A stretch of DNA of 64,000 nucleotides. It comes from Gammaproteobacteria bacterium. Its GTDB lineage: Bacteria; Pseudomonadota; Gammaproteobacteria; Eutrophobiales; Eutrophobiaceae. The position numbers and the translations under genes were made by a program. The stretch lies in the NCBI GenBank assembly GCA_965222155.1, contig CBDCTH010000012.1, positions 2,880,001 through 2,944,000 of the forward strand, read 5' to 3'. Below the pieces are notes generated by a model that saw only the letters and a program-made list of their open reading frames with translations, had not been told where the DNA came from and did no database searches. Positions 1 through 11,306 of this stretch are shown piece by piece (the first letter of the stretch is position 1; every line of letters begins with the position of its first letter).

Positions 1-1
1 C

Positions 2-172
2 GGTAAACTTTTTTACTATATGTTGGGTGGCAAAATAGCGGACGACAAGTATCGCATAGATCTCCGGGAAGCATTTGCAGAGGCGCGCCGTGTCGGTGAC
101 ACCGAGGCGATAAACATCGACGGGAAACCTGTTAGTAAAGATAAAGTTCAGTTGCCCAGCCCATGGCGATGA
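2..172 (+). CDS. 3' end of an unknown ORF (partial), translationally coupled to the downstream synthetase
   Basis: Open frame from the window edge (GKLFYYMLGG...QLPSPWR*). Its TGA (170-172) overlaps the ATG at 169 as ATGA. Confidence 0.55.
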   Translation, partial: GKLFYYMLGGKIADDKYRIDLREAFAEARRVGDTEAINIDGKPVSKDKVQLPSPWR

Positions 173-1122
173 CCTTGACATCGGCTTCGCTTTGTCCTGC
201 ACCAGCGTCGGATTCTAATATAGGATTCGCTTCATTAGGAGATGTTGACCGCGCAGGAACCGCCTTTTGTAATGAGGCTCATAATATAGCAACGATTACC
301 GAGGTACAGAAATACCGCGAATTTAGGATGCATTGTTTGAAAACGACGTTGGGTATAGTAGAGGCAGCCAAGATGCCGTCTCGTGTTTTGGTCAGTGTCC
401 GCTTGAAACGTCTGGATAGCATTCGACGCAAAATCAGTCGTGGCGAAAATCAATTCAGTCTTGGACGAATGGATGACGTTATCGGCGTCCGGATCATTTG
501 CCCAGATTATCAAACGGTAGGTGATTTAAGTCAGCGCATACAATCGTTACCGGTTTTTTATCGCTTGAAAGACTATACTCGCGAAACACATCCAGCGAAT
601 ACTGGCTATCGCTCTGTACATCATATTATTCGATTTGAGCAGCCCTTAACGAAAATTAAAAATATTGCCGTCCGCTTCGAGGTACAAGTAAGAAGTTACT
701 ACCAGCATCAATGGGCAATCTGGTCGGAACATCAGGGCGAAGCTGTCAAGATGGGCAGCGGTCCCGAAGAGATTAAGACAGATTTACGTAATCTGTCCGA
801 CCGTATCACCCGCTGGGAGGAAAGTAATCCTCGCGAAATGCAACATCACCTCCTCGATTACACTGGTCGGGAAGACATAATTGTGGCTTGGAGACAAAAA
901 TACGGTGAGCCGACATATCATATTTTTCATAATAATATTGACCGCGCAGTAAAATGGCTCAATTACATGGAAACTAAACATCCCGCTCAAAGAGGCAATG
1001 CGCTTTTACTAGTAGGCGTAACAACCCCGGGTGAAGCGCGAAATGTCCTGCGACTGACACATCCACTGTACATTACAAGCAGGGTCATAGAACCAGAATA
1101 CTGGATGCCGTCCGATTCCTGA
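163..1122 (+). CDS. RelA/SpoT-domain protein (small alarmone synthetase-like); start probably 169
   Basis: SYNTH motifs RLKRLDSIRRK, DVIGVRII, RLKDY, GYRSVH, EVQVRS..QHQWA; no HD/TGS/ACT domains. Confidence 0.85.
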   Translation: MAMTLTSASLCPAPASDSNIGFASLGDVDRAGTAFCNEAHNIATITEVQKYREFRMHCLKTTLGIVEAAKMPSRVLVSVRLKRLDSIRRKISRGENQFSLGRMDDVIGVRIICPDYQTVGDLSQRIQSLPVFYRLKDYTRETHPANTGYRSVHHIIRFEQPLTKIKNIAVRFEVQVRSYYQHQWAIWSEHQGEAVKMGSGPEEIKTDLRNLSDRITRWEESNPREMQHHLLDYTGREDIIVAWRQKYGEPTYHIFHNNIDRAVKWLNYMETKHPAQRGNALLLVGVTTPGEARNVLRLTHPLYITSRVIEPEYWMPSDS

Positions 1123-1205
1123 TCTTTGTCGCGTCCGCCTCATATTGTTTTTCTGTGAATACACATGTGCCGGGTTTAAGCAACACTTCTTATAGCCCCA
1201 GGAGA

Positions 1206-3275
1206 TTAACGGCAGTAATTTTCAAGCAGTTGCTGTTGCGTATTCCTGGGCTTCTGGTTGCCCGGCCGGGCTTTCTTGTAGGTGCCGTCGCTCTGCAAAA
1301 TCCAGGCCTGGGTATTATCACTGAGGTAGTTCAACAAACCGAACTTGATGACCTGGTCTTTGGGTCGTTTCTCCTCGATAGGAAAACAGGCTTCCACGCG
1401 GTGGTGCAGGTTGCGCGGCATCCAGTCGGCTGAGGAGCAAAGCACCTGTTCTTCTCCCCCGTCCAGGAAATAAAACACCCGGGTATGTTCCAGGAACCGG
1501 CCTACGATGGAACGGACGTATATGTTTTCAGACAACCCTTTTATCCCCGGGCGCAGGCAACAGATACCGCGGATGATCAGGTCGATGCGCACGCCGGCCA
1601 TGGATGCCTTGTACAGGGCGCGGATAATTTCCGGGTCAACCAGGGCATTCATTTTGGCGATAATATGCGTCTTCTTGCCGGCCCTGGCATTGGCGGCCTC
1701 CCGCTCTATATATGCCAGCAGAGACTTGTACAGAGTGAAAGGGGATTGCAGCAGTTTTTTCAACTTTGACGCCCGCCCGAGACCGGTCAACTGGAGAAAC
1801 AGCATATTGACGTCTTCCGCCACGGCCTTGTCACAGGTCAATAATCCGTAATCGGTATACAGCCTGGCGGTACGGGCATGGTAATTCCCCGTTCCCAGGT
1901 GTACGTAGCGGCGCAGGTCCCTGCCTTCCCGGCGCACCACCATCACCATTTTCGCATGGGTCTTGTAACCGACGACGCCATAGACAACTTGGGCACCGGC
2001 CTCCTGCAATTCGTTGGCCAGTTCTATATTGGCCTCCTCTTCAAACCGGGCCCGTAACTCAATCACCACGGTGACCTCCTTACCGGAGCGGGCCGCGTCT
2101 TTCAACGCATCAACCAGGGCGGAATCATCTCCGGTGCGATACAGGGTCTGTTTGATTGACAGGACGTTAGTATCGTTGGCCGCCTGCCGGACAAAGTCGA
2201 TGATGGGGGCAAACGATTGAAACGGGTGGTGCAATAAAATATCACCGTTTTTGAGAACGTCAAATATACTGTCATTCTTTCGCAGCCGTGGCGGCAGGTC
2301 TGGTGTGAATCCGGCAAAGGTCAGTTCCGGCTTATCCACTAGGTCGTAAATCGCCATTAACCGGTTCAGGTTTACCGGTCCGTTCACTTTGTACAGGTCA
2401 TCTTCATTCAGTTCAAATTGCTGCAGCAAAAACGCGGAAAGATCATCAGGACAATTATCCGCAACCTCCAGCCTGACCGCGTCATTAAACCGTCTTGACG
2501 GCAGTTCGCCCTCCAGCGCTATCAGCAGGTCATCAACTTCTTCGTCGTCCACAAACAGTTCACTGTTCCGGGTCACCTTGAATTGATAACATCCGGTTGC
2601 CTTCATGCCGGGGAACAGGTCATCCACGTGGGCGTGGATAATGGACGACAACAGCACGAAATTCCATTTCCCCTTGCTGACTTTTTCCGGCAGATGCACC
2701 ACCCTGGGCAATGACCGGGGCGCCTGGACGATGGACAGGCGGTTTTCCCGGCCAAAAGCGTCCTTGCCGTCCAGCGTGATGATGAAATACAGGTTCTTGT
2801 TCAGCACCCGGGGGAATGGGTGCGCGGGATCCAGCCCGATGGGGCTCAACACCGGTAAAACGTTGCTGTTGAAATAGCGTTTTACCCAGCGCGAGACCGC
2901 GGGTTTCCAGATGGTTCGACGCAATACGTGGATCTTCGCCTTGGCCAGTTCCGGTGTAATGACATCATTCAGCACGGAATATTGGCTGGCAACAAGCTCG
3001 CGGGCAATCGAGCCTATCTGTTTCAAGGTTTCCAACGGACTGAGGTTATCCGGTCCGGTTTGGACAGAACCGTACTTCACCTGTTGTTTGACACCGGCCA
3101 CGCGGATTTCAAAAAATTCATCCAGGTTGGTGCTGGCTATACAGAGAAACTTCAGTCTTTCCAGCAATGGCATGGTCTCGTCTTCGGCCTGGGCGATGAC
3201 GCGACGATTAAACTCCAACAGACTTAATTCACGATTGATGTAAAGTTCGGGATTATTGAGGTTTATCGTATCCAC
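1206..3275 (-). CDS. ppk1: Polyphosphate kinase 1
   Basis: YINRELSLLEFNRRV, NLDEFFEIRVAG, KTHAK, GTGNY, GRFLEHTR; 689 aa. Confidence 0.97.
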   Translation of the reverse strand: MDTINLNNPELYINRELSLLEFNRRVIAQAEDETMPLLERLKFLCIASTNLDEFFEIRVAGVKQQVKYGSVQTGPDNLSPLETLKQIGSIARELVASQYSVLNDVITPELAKAKIHVLRRTIWKPAVSRWVKRYFNSNVLPVLSPIGLDPAHPFPRVLNKNLYFIITLDGKDAFGRENRLSIVQAPRSLPRVVHLPEKVSKGKWNFVLLSSIIHAHVDDLFPGMKATGCYQFKVTRNSELFVDDEEVDDLLIALEGELPSRRFNDAVRLEVADNCPDDLSAFLLQQFELNEDDLYKVNGPVNLNRLMAIYDLVDKPELTFAGFTPDLPPRLRKNDSIFDVLKNGDILLHHPFQSFAPIIDFVRQAANDTNVLSIKQTLYRTGDDSALVDALKDAARSGKEVTVVIELRARFEEEANIELANELQEAGAQVVYGVVGYKTHAKMVMVVRREGRDLRRYVHLGTGNYHARTARLYTDYGLLTCDKAVAEDVNMLFLQLTGLGRASKLKKLLQSPFTLYKSLLAYIEREAANARAGKKTHIIAKMNALVDPEIIRALYKASMAGVRIDLIIRGICCLRPGIKGLSENIYVRSIVGRFLEHTRVFYFLDGGEEQVLCSSADWMPRNLHHRVEACFPIEEKRPKDQVIKFGLLNYLSDNTQAWILQSDGTYKKARPGNQKPRNTQQQLLENYCR

Positions 3276-3312
3276 ACATTCTCAGACATTTGTTGATGAG
3301 ATAACTACCGGG

Positions 3313-4023
3313 CTATTGTTTTCTTACTTTTTCTTCCATCTGCTCTATGCTGATATGGCGCACATCCTTGCCTTCGACAAAATATATAACATACTCGCAG
3401 ATGTTGCGAGCATGATCGGCGATGCGTTCCAGTGCCCGCGCTACCCAGACGGCGTTGATAACGCTGGAAATACTGCGCGGGTCTTCCATCATATAGGTAA
3501 CCAGTTGCCGGAGTATGGCGACGTACTGCTCATCGGATTCAGGTTCCTTGCTCGCCGTGACCAGTGCTCCCTGGCTGTCCATGCGGGCAAACGCATCCAA
3601 GGCATCGCGCACCATGCTCCTGACAAAATTTCCCATGGAATTGATCCCGACGTAATAGGACCTGGGGCCGGATTTTTCCGCGAGGTTAATGGTCATCTTG
3701 GCAATTTTCTCTGCTTCATCCCCGATGCGTTCCAGGTCGGTAATAGTCTTAATCACCGCCATTACCAGACGCAGGTCGCCGGCCGCCGGCTGGCGCCGCG
3801 CCAGCAGGGTGACGCATTCCTCATCAATAGATACCTCCCAGGCATTCAACTTCATCTCATTTTCCATGACCTGTTCTGCCAGTGGCACATTGAAATCCCT
3901 TAATGCCTGCAAGGCATTGGTAAACTGTTGTTCGGCCAGCCCCCCCATAGCCAGGACGTTGCCGCGGATCTCTTCCAGTTCATTATCATATTGCCTGGAA
4001 ATATGTTGTGATACATTACTCAT
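3313..4023 (-). CDS. phoU: Phosphate signalling protein PhoU
   Basis: DLERIGDEA, ALERIADHARNICEYVIY; downstream of pstB. Confidence 0.97.
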   Translation of the reverse strand: MSNVSQHISRQYDNELEEIRGNVLAMGGLAEQQFTNALQALRDFNVPLAEQVMENEMKLNAWEVSIDEECVTLLARRQPAAGDLRLVMAVIKTITDLERIGDEAEKIAKMTINLAEKSGPRSYYVGINSMGNFVRSMVRDALDAFARMDSQGALVTASKEPESDEQYVAILRQLVTYMMEDPRSISSVINAVWVARALERIADHARNICEYVIYFVEGKDVRHISIEQMEEKVRKQ

Positions 4024-4042
4024 GACAAATCCTCTTCATGTT

Positions 4043-4885
4043 TTAACCATAGCGCCCGGTTATGTAGTCTTCTGTCATCTTCTCCTGTGGATTGGTAAAC
4101 AGGGTGCCGGTATCGCGGAACTCGATCAACTTCCCCAGGTACATATAGGCAGTATAGTCCGATACCCTGGCGGCCTGCTGCATATTGTGGGTAACTATGA
4201 CGATCGTGTAGTTGTCTTTCAACTGGTAAATCAACTCCTCGACTTTCAGGGTTGAAATGGGGTCCAGTGCGGAACAGGGTTCGTCCAGCAACAGTATCTC
4301 GGGTTCAATCGCAATGGACCGGGCGATGACCAGCCGTTGTGCCTGACCGCCGGAGAGTCCCAGGGCGTTATCATCGAGCCGGTCCTTCACCTCATCCCAG
4401 AGGGCGGCGCGCTTGAGGGATTTCTCCACCACGGCATCCAGCGTTTGGCGGCGGTTTACGCCCTGGATGCGGAGGCCGTAAGCGACGTTTTCGTAGACGG
4501 ATTTCGGGAACGGGTTGGGTTTCTGGAAGACCATGCCGACCCGTCTTCTCAATTCAGCCACGTTCACCGATTTGTGAAATATATCTTCACCGTTAATCCT
4601 GATGCTGCCCTTGATGCTAACGCCGTCAATGAGATCATTCATACGGTTAAAACAGCGTAACAAGGTTGATTTACCACAGCCGCTGGGCCCGATAAATGCC
4701 GTGACTTTTTTCTCGGGAATGACCATGGTGATGTCGTTCAGGGCCTGTTTTTCACTGTAGTACAGGTCAAAATTATTAACGTGTACACATGACTTTTCAT
4801 TTGCCAGGGACAATTTTGCGCTGTGGCCGATGAGTGAACTCATATCCACGGCGTGAGAACTTGCCTGTGTCGTATCGTCGTTCAT
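4043..4885 (-). CDS. pstB: Phosphate ABC transporter ATPase
   Basis: [43 protein letters not shown]. Confidence 0.97.
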   Translation of the reverse strand: MNDDTTQASSHAVDMSSLIGHSAKLSLANEKSCVHVNNFDLYYSEKQALNDITMVIPEKKVTAFIGPSGCGKSTLLRCFNRMNDLIDGVSIKGSIRINGEDIFHKSVNVAELRRRVGMVFQKPNPFPKSVYENVAYGLRIQGVNRRQTLDAVVEKSLKRAALWDEVKDRLDDNALGLSGGQAQRLVIARSIAIEPEILLLDEPCSALDPISTLKVEELIYQLKDNYTIVIVTHNMQQAARVSDYTAYMYLGKLIEFRDTGTLFTNPQEKMTEDYITGRYG

Positions 4886-4906
4886 TTGCCTGCTCGTGTC
4901 TGCGGA

Positions 4907-6580
4907 TTAGTTCTGTTCGGCTGCACGATATTTCTCTCTAAGCGTATTACGAATTTTAATTGCCGTGAGATTTAAACAGATTATGATGAGAATCAATAAA
5001 AAAGCGGTCGCGTAAACCAATGGCCTGGCTGCCTCCACGTTCGGACTCTGAAAACCCACGTCGTAGATGTGAAAGCCCAAGTGCATGAATTTCCTGTCCA
5101 GGTGCAGGAATGGAAAGTTTCCATCCAGCGGCATGGATGGCGCCAGTTTGACCACACCGACAAGCATCAGGGGCGCCACCTCTCCGGCGGCCCGGGCAAC
5201 GGCGAGGATCAGTCCCGTCATTATTGCTGAAGCGGTCATGGGCAGGACAGTGTGCCACAATGTCTCGGCTTTGGTGGCGCCCAGAGCAAGGCTGCCTTCA
5301 CGGATTGCCCGCGGCACCCGCGCCAGGCCTTCCTCGGTGGAAACGATCACTACCGGCACGGTCAATATGGCCATTGTCAACGATGCCCACATGATACCCG
5401 GCGTGCCGAAGGTGGGTGCCGGCAGGGACTCGACAAAAAACAGCTCGTCAATAGTGCCGCCTAAAAAATACACGAAAAAGCCCAATCCAAACACGCCATA
5501 AACGACCGAAGGCACACCGGCGAGGTTATTGACGGCAATGCGTATCAACCGGGTCAATGGTCCCTGGCGGGCGTATTCCCACAGGTACACCGCCGCCACC
5601 ACGCCGAAAGGAGTCACCAGCACGGCCATGATCATCACCATCATGACGGTACCGAAAATGGCCGGGAAAATACCGCCCTCGGTATTGGCTTCTCTCGGAT
5701 CTCCGGAAACGAATTCCCAGAGTTTCTCAAAATAAAACACGATTTTATCCGTGACGCTCATGGCGTTGGGCCGGTATGCCCGGACGACCTTGGCAAACAG
5801 GAGTTCGGCCTCCTGGCCGTTGGCAAGCGCTGCTACGAAGGAAGCCTTGTTCAATTGCTCATACAGCCTGGTGAGGCGGCTTGTGAAACTATTGTATTCC
5901 TCCTGCAGTGACGCACGCTGTGCCTCAATCTCCTCATAGGCAGGGCTTCCGGCGGGTTCGTTGTTCAACGCCAGTCCTTTTTCCCCGAGACGCAGATGCT
6001 CCATTCGGTAATTAACAGCGCCTATCAGGTTCTTCTCAATATGGTGTATTTCACCCTGTATTGTCTTACTCTCTGCAATGTACTTCTGAAACGCCTCCCA
6101 GTCGGGGTCGGCATTCACCACCTCGCCGTTTTCCTTGACGGTCTTGAGGTAGCCATAAAAGTTGCCCCATTCGTACCTCTCTATGGCCACGATGGTTTCC
6201 GGAAAAGCCAGGTTTTGTATGGCTGCGTCCAGAATCCAGCGGTAGTCGAAACCGGTATAATCCCGGTTGCCTATCCTGATCAGCCGCCGCTCAATGATGT
6301 CCAGGTCCGCCGGTATCCGACTGTCGGCCTCTGCCAGCCTTGCCCGGGGCACGGATTCGGTGTCGATAAACTCACCAGCCAGCGCAATGACGGAACCGTC
6401 ACTGTCGGTATAATCAAACGCGGCAACGTCACTCGGCCAGAAATGACCCAGGCCGCGTACCATGATCAGCACGATCAGGCCCGTAACCATGATGATGGAC
6501 ACGCTGACCGCGCCGGCATTCAACCAGATATAGGGTTCACCGCTATTGAACCATCCTGTGAATGAGACCTGTCTTTTCAT
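4907..6580 (-). CDS. pstA: Phosphate ABC permease PstA (long form with periplasmic domain)
   Basis: PREANTEGGIFPAIFGT, NLAGVPSVVYG, RAAGEVAP. Confidence 0.95.
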   Translation of the reverse strand: MKRQVSFTGWFNSGEPYIWLNAGAVSVSIIMVTGLIVLIMVRGLGHFWPSDVAAFDYTDSDGSVIALAGEFIDTESVPRARLAEADSRIPADLDIIERRLIRIGNRDYTGFDYRWILDAAIQNLAFPETIVAIERYEWGNFYGYLKTVKENGEVVNADPDWEAFQKYIAESKTIQGEIHHIEKNLIGAVNYRMEHLRLGEKGLALNNEPAGSPAYEEIEAQRASLQEEYNSFTSRLTRLYEQLNKASFVAALANGQEAELLFAKVVRAYRPNAMSVTDKIVFYFEKLWEFVSGDPREANTEGGIFPAIFGTVMMVMIMAVLVTPFGVVAAVYLWEYARQGPLTRLIRIAVNNLAGVPSVVYGVFGLGFFVYFLGGTIDELFFVESLPAPTFGTPGIMWASLTMAILTVPVVIVSTEEGLARVPRAIREGSLALGATKAETLWHTVLPMTASAIMTGLILAVARAAGEVAPLMLVGVVKLAPSMPLDGNFPFLHLDRKFMHLGFHIYDVGFQSPNVEAARPLVYATAFLLILIIICLNLTAIKIRNTLREKYRAAEQN

Positions 6581-8850
6581 AATGAGCTGTATTTCACCCG
6601 CAACCGCTGCCTGACGACCTCGGCTATGGTGTTGAACAGGAATGTCGCCAGGAACAGCACCAGGCCGGCCAGGAATAAAATCCGGTAATGGGTGCTGCCC
6701 AGTTCGGATTCAGGCATCTCCACGGCGATATTGGCGGACAGGGCGCGAAAACCTTCAAAGATATTCATGTCCATAATAGGCGTATTCCCCGTCGCCATGA
6801 GTACGATCATGGTTTCGCCTACCGCCCGGCCGAGACCTATCATGACCGCCGAAAATATCCCCGGGCTGGCAGTCAGCAGCACCACTCTGACTACGGTCTG
6901 CCAGGGCGTGGCGCCCAGGGCCAGCGAACCCATCGTCAGGTGTTTGGGCACACCGTAAACCGCGTCTTCACTGATGGAAAAAATAGTGGGGATGACGGCA
7001 AAACCCATGGCGATGCCCACTACCAGGGAGTTTCTCTGGTCATACGTGATCCCCAGTTCATCGGACAGCCACAACGGCATGTTGCCGCCAAAGAACGCGA
7101 GCTCCAGGGGCTGGCTGAGGGCGAATGAGATAATGCCCGCGCCGATAATGACGGGCAGCAGCAGCGCCGCCTCCCAACCCTCCGGGACCCGGTGGCGAAA
7201 CTGGTCCGGCAGCCTGTTCCAGCAGTAAGCTGCGAGGATCACGCTGACCGGTAACAGCAGGAAACATAAAACCAGACCCGGCATGTTCTGCTCTACAAAC
7301 GGCGCAAACCACAGCCCGGCGAGAAAGCCGAGGATGACTGTGGGCAGTGCCCCCATGATTTCAATAGTCGGCTTGATGAAGCCGCTCATTTTTGCAGCCA
7401 TGAAATAAGCGGTATATATGGCGCCCATGATGGACAGGGGCACGGCAAACAACATGGCATAAAATGCGGCCTTCAAGGTACCGTAGGCCAGTGGCGTCAA
7501 GCTGAATTTCGGCTCAAAATCACTGCTGGCTGAGGAAGACTGCCAGATATACTCGGGCTGCTCCCGGCTCTCATACCAGACCTTGCCCCAGATGGCCGAC
7601 CAGGATATTTCCGGATGTTCGTTATCTATCTCCCAGAGTTGTAACACGCCGGTATCATCTTCCACCAGCATGGCGTTGGCCCGCGGCGCCACAGCCAGTT
7701 GCGTCAGCCTGTTGTCGTTGATCTTCTCCAGCTTTACGGTGCGGTGCGCGGTAGAGTGATAAATACCCAGGTAGCCGCTATCATCCACCGCCAGGAAACC
7801 TTTTCTGAAGTATTCCGGCGCGATGGACGTTATTCCGGCTGACTGTGAGGCAAAACTGCGTATCTTCTCCAGGGTATAGTTATTTGCCTGGTCGCGCACC
7901 GGGAACCACTGGGTGATGTTGCCGGCGGAATCGCCCACCAGGATGGAAATACCGCCACTGAGAAAGGACAGGCTGGTGATCTGCTCCGGCGCATTGACGA
8001 CCTGGACTCGTTGCACCAGTTCCGGCGCTGCCTTGTCACTGATATCGTAATAGGATATCAACCCGCTCTCCTCGGCAATATAGAGTTCCCGATGTTCCAC
8101 ATCCATCATCAGGTGTGTGACTGTGCCCGAGATTGGAATCCGGCTTTTCGTGATGCTGATTTCGGCTTCATCGTTGAGAATTGACTCTTCCTCAGTGATG
8201 TTCATAAGCAGCAGACGCTGATCCTCCGTGAGTGCAGCAATGGTGGTCTGATCTTCGTCGGACTGCGAAGCAATTATGCTGATTGCTTTACCTGCCTCAT
8301 CCACTTGTATAGGCAATTTGCCCACAGGCCAGTCAATCCCGGGCAGAATGAGACGCACGTCATTGGGGTAGGTCACGTGGTATTCATGGGTAGCCAGCAG
8401 GGCGCTACCATCTTCCAGCCCGAACGCAAGCAGTCGTTGTGACGGGTCGCCGGCGCTGAACGCAGTGATATCCGCCGGCGCATCCTGCGCCAGAAATTGC
8501 TGGTGTATCAGGCTGCCGTCCGCGCTTTTGAAAAATACGACACTGGCGTCGGCTGTGACGCGCAAACCGACTTCGCGTTGTTCTTCCATGGCGTAATACG
8601 AGGCGCCGGTACTTGTACCACCCGGGACCGGGTAGCTCGCCACTTGTTCGATATGCGACGGCTTGAACATGGGCAACACGACGTAAAACAGGTAAAACGC
8701 GATCAACACGATGGCGATAATGACGCTGATGCCGCCCAGTGCCATGACATAGCGCATCAGGACATCCTTCAGATGGCGGTATTGGCGATGTTTTTGTGCA
8801 GCAGCGGAGCTGAAATCAGGTAACAGGGAAGTTGTGTTCGCAGCGCTCAT
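6577..8850 (-). CDS. pstC: Phosphate ABC permease PstC (long form with periplasmic domain)
   Basis: FEPKFSLTPLAYGTLKAA, GRAVGETMIVLMATGNTP; 4-nt overlap with pstA. Confidence 0.95.
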   Translation of the reverse strand: MSAANTTSLLPDFSSAAAQKHRQYRHLKDVLMRYVMALGGISVIIAIVLIAFYLFYVVLPMFKPSHIEQVASYPVPGGTSTGASYYAMEEQREVGLRVTADASVVFFKSADGSLIHQQFLAQDAPADITAFSAGDPSQRLLAFGLEDGSALLATHEYHVTYPNDVRLILPGIDWPVGKLPIQVDEAGKAISIIASQSDEDQTTIAALTEDQRLLLMNITEEESILNDEAEISITKSRIPISGTVTHLMMDVEHRELYIAEESGLISYYDISDKAAPELVQRVQVVNAPEQITSLSFLSGGISILVGDSAGNITQWFPVRDQANNYTLEKIRSFASQSAGITSIAPEYFRKGFLAVDDSGYLGIYHSTAHRTVKLEKINDNRLTQLAVAPRANAMLVEDDTGVLQLWEIDNEHPEISWSAIWGKVWYESREQPEYIWQSSSASSDFEPKFSLTPLAYGTLKAAFYAMLFAVPLSIMGAIYTAYFMAAKMSGFIKPTIEIMGALPTVILGFLAGLWFAPFVEQNMPGLVLCFLLLPVSVILAAYCWNRLPDQFRHRVPEGWEAALLLPVIIGAGIISFALSQPLELAFFGGNMPLWLSDELGITYDQRNSLVVGIAMGFAVIPTIFSISEDAVYGVPKHLTMGSLALGATPWQTVVRVVLLTASPGIFSAVMIGLGRAVGETMIVLMATGNTPIMDMNIFEGFRALSANIAVEMPESELGSTHYRILFLAGLVLFLATFLFNTIAEVVRQRLRVKYSSL

Positions 8851-8894
8851 GGAAGAATACTACAGGTAATAAATGTATTCTTCCGGGGAACTCT

Positions 8895-9899
8895 TCAGTT
8901 GCCGGCCAAGGTAATGACGCCGACCTGGGCAAGCTGCTTCTGTGCAACCTTGGCAGGCAGGGGGATATAACCATCCTTTACGACCACTTCCTGTCCTGTC
9001 TTCGACATGATCATCTTGACAAATTCACGCTCCAGGGGAGGTAACGGCGTATTCGGCGACTTGTTGACGTAGACATACAGGAAGCGCGCCAGAGGATAGG
9101 TTCCCGCTATGGCATTGGACGGTGTCGCATTGGTGAAGCCGGCGCCTTCCTTACTCAATGGTACGGCGCGCACGCCGGAGGTCTTGTAACCGATGCCGGA
9201 ATAACCGATACCGTTGATCGACTTGGTCACCCCCTGCACAACGGAGGCCGAACCGGGCTGTTCATTGACATTATTCTTGTAATCTCCTTTGCACAGGGCC
9301 TGTTTCTTGAAATAACCATAGGTGCCGGATACCGAATTACGCCCGTATAACTGAACAGGTCGATTGCTCCAGGCCCCGGTCAGACCCAGTTGACCCCAGC
9401 GGGTAATGTCCCCGGGGTAACCGCATTTACGCGTGGCAGAGAAAATCGCATCGACCTGTGGAATTGTCATCCCCTCAATCGGATTATCCTTATGTACGTA
9501 AACCGCCAGGGCATCGATGGCCACTGCAACAGGAGTCGGCTTGTAACCGTACTTGGTCTCGAACCCGGCGATTTCTTTATTTTTCATCTTGCGGCTCATG
9601 GGACCGAAGTTGGAAGTCCCTTCCGTTAAAGCCGGCGGCGCGGTTGAAGAGCCGGCTGCCTGGATCTGCACATTGACGTTGGGATAGAGTCTTTTGAATT
9701 CTTCCGCCCACAGGGTCATCAGGTTTGCCAGCGTATCGGAACCTGCACTGATGATATTGCCTGATACGCCGCTGGACTTGCCATAATCCGGCAGGTCGTG
9801 GTCCAAATCAATCGCCATTACTGCAGCAGGCATCAACAGCGCGAGGATAACGGCTGCGCTGAACAGAGGTTTGTTTATCATGTTATTGTCTCCATGCAA
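8895..9899 (-). CDS. pstS: Phosphate-binding protein PstS (start possibly 9881)
   Basis: Signal peptide, [33 protein letters not shown]. Confidence 0.95.
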   Translation of the reverse strand: MHGDNNMINKPLFSAAVILALLMPAAVMAIDLDHDLPDYGKSSGVSGNIISAGSDTLANLMTLWAEEFKRLYPNVNVQIQAAGSSTAPPALTEGTSNFGPMSRKMKNKEIAGFETKYGYKPTPVAVAIDALAVYVHKDNPIEGMTIPQVDAIFSATRKCGYPGDITRWGQLGLTGAWSNRPVQLYGRNSVSGTYGYFKKQALCKGDYKNNVNEQPGSASVVQGVTKSINGIGYSGIGYKTSGVRAVPLSKEGAGFTNATPSNAIAGTYPLARFLYVYVNKSPNTPLPPLEREFVKMIMSKTGQEVVVKDGYIPLPAKVAQKQLAQVGVITLAGN

Positions 9900-9995
9900 G
9901 GTTGAATTTACGCTAACTTACAGATGTCAACAGTAGTGAACCACACGATTATTAAGGAAATGTGACAGTGCATGAAAATAAACAACGATGTCTAA

Positions 9996-11294
9996 CTATT
10001 GTTTAACACGAATAATCCGATGACCGGGCAGAAGGCATTCTACCGTTGTCCCTGTGCCTGGTTCACTGCTTAGCCTCAGCTCGGCATCATGCTGGGCCAT
10101 GACGTGTTTGACAATGGCAAGTCCAAGCCCCGTTCCCCCCTTTTCCCTGGAACGCCCCTTATCGACCCGATAGAAACGCTCAGTCACGCGCTGGATATGT
10201 TCTGCCGGGATACCTACGCCGGAATCGGCGACTTCCAGGCAGGCACCTGTGTCGGTCCGATACCATTTTATCCGGATTTCCCCACCGGGAGGTGTGTATT
10301 GCACCGCGTTGAAGACAATATTGGAATAAGCGCTATAGAGACTGTCCTGGTCCCCTTTCACTATCAGGTCAGGCTGAAGCTCCAGGGAGAAAATATGATT
10401 CTGGGCGCCGCTTAAGGTCTGTGCCTCCTGGTGTATCAACCTGAGCAACTCTACCATATCCACTTCATTGTCCAGGTCGGCGGACGGTTTGCTCTCCAGC
10501 CTGGACAATTTAAGCAGATCTTCTATCAAATTCTGCATCCGCCCGGTCTGGCTTCGCATCTGTTTTATGCGCGGCCGCCATTCCCGCGTAAGATCATCCG
10601 TTTCATTGTCAATGGCTTCAAGATAACCGGATATCACTGTGAGTGGCGTCCTCAATTCATGCGAGGCATTGGCGATAAAATCCTTGCGCATACGATTGGT
10701 GCGCTGGATGTCCGTAACATTTCCTGCAACCAGCAACAGGGAAGACCCGGCATACCTGATAATCCTGATTTCCAGACTGATGTCTTCATCTACCGGGGAT
10801 GCGATAACAAGACTTTGGTGTGAATTGTGTTTGTCTACATCGGCCAGATAATTCAACAACTCGGGCTGCCTGATAAGATGGAAAAAACGCTGTCCCCGGT
10901 CCCTCGGACAGCGGATCCCCAGGTACTCGGAGGCTTTTTCATTAGACCATTCAACGTGGCCGAAATCATCCATGACGATGACGGCATCCGGCAGGGCCTC
11001 GGTTGCTTCTTCAAATCGAGACAGGAAACCGGCGAGTTTCTCTTCACGCTGTTTATGGTGGGTACGCAGGAAATCAATTTCCCTTATTATCTCATTTACG
11101 ACGCCGGGGGTGTCCGGCAGGTTTTGCTCACTGCCATTGCGCAGGATTTTGCTGATATTTTTCAGCATCCGGTATTGCCAGACCAGGCAAATAATTAATC
11201 CAAGTGAAAGTCCTGCAAAGACGCTGCCCGCAAGCAACCCCGCAAACCCGGAGAGGAGAACTACGAAACCCAGCCGTAACAGGTCAGGACGCAT
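9996..11294 (-). CDS. phoR: Phosphate regulon sensor kinase
   Basis: FIANASHELRTPLTVI, PAS region, RFYRVDKGRSREKGGTGLGLAIVKH. Confidence 0.96.
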   Translation of the reverse strand: MRPDLLRLGFVVLLSGFAGLLAGSVFAGLSLGLIICLVWQYRMLKNISKILRNGSEQNLPDTPGVVNEIIREIDFLRTHHKQREEKLAGFLSRFEEATEALPDAVIVMDDFGHVEWSNEKASEYLGIRCPRDRGQRFFHLIRQPELLNYLADVDKHNSHQSLVIASPVDEDISLEIRIIRYAGSSLLLVAGNVTDIQRTNRMRKDFIANASHELRTPLTVISGYLEAIDNETDDLTREWRPRIKQMRSQTGRMQNLIEDLLKLSRLESKPSADLDNEVDMVELLRLIHQEAQTLSGAQNHIFSLELQPDLIVKGDQDSLYSAYSNIVFNAVQYTPPGGEIRIKWYRTDTGACLEVADSGVGIPAEHIQRVTERFYRVDKGRSREKGGTGLGLAIVKHVMAQHDAELRLSSEPGTGTTVECLLPGHRIIRVKQ

Positions 11295-11306
11295 TGTTTG
11301 TCACAC

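Noticed and set aside
4907-8850. Unusually long PstA and PstC
   Set aside because: Long forms with periplasmic domains are already known in Pseudomonas/Vibrio-type pst operons
9962-9979. Possible Pho box upstream of pstS
   Set aside because: One good half-site (CTGTCAC), but the partner is spaced 10 bp rather than 11 bp; not confident
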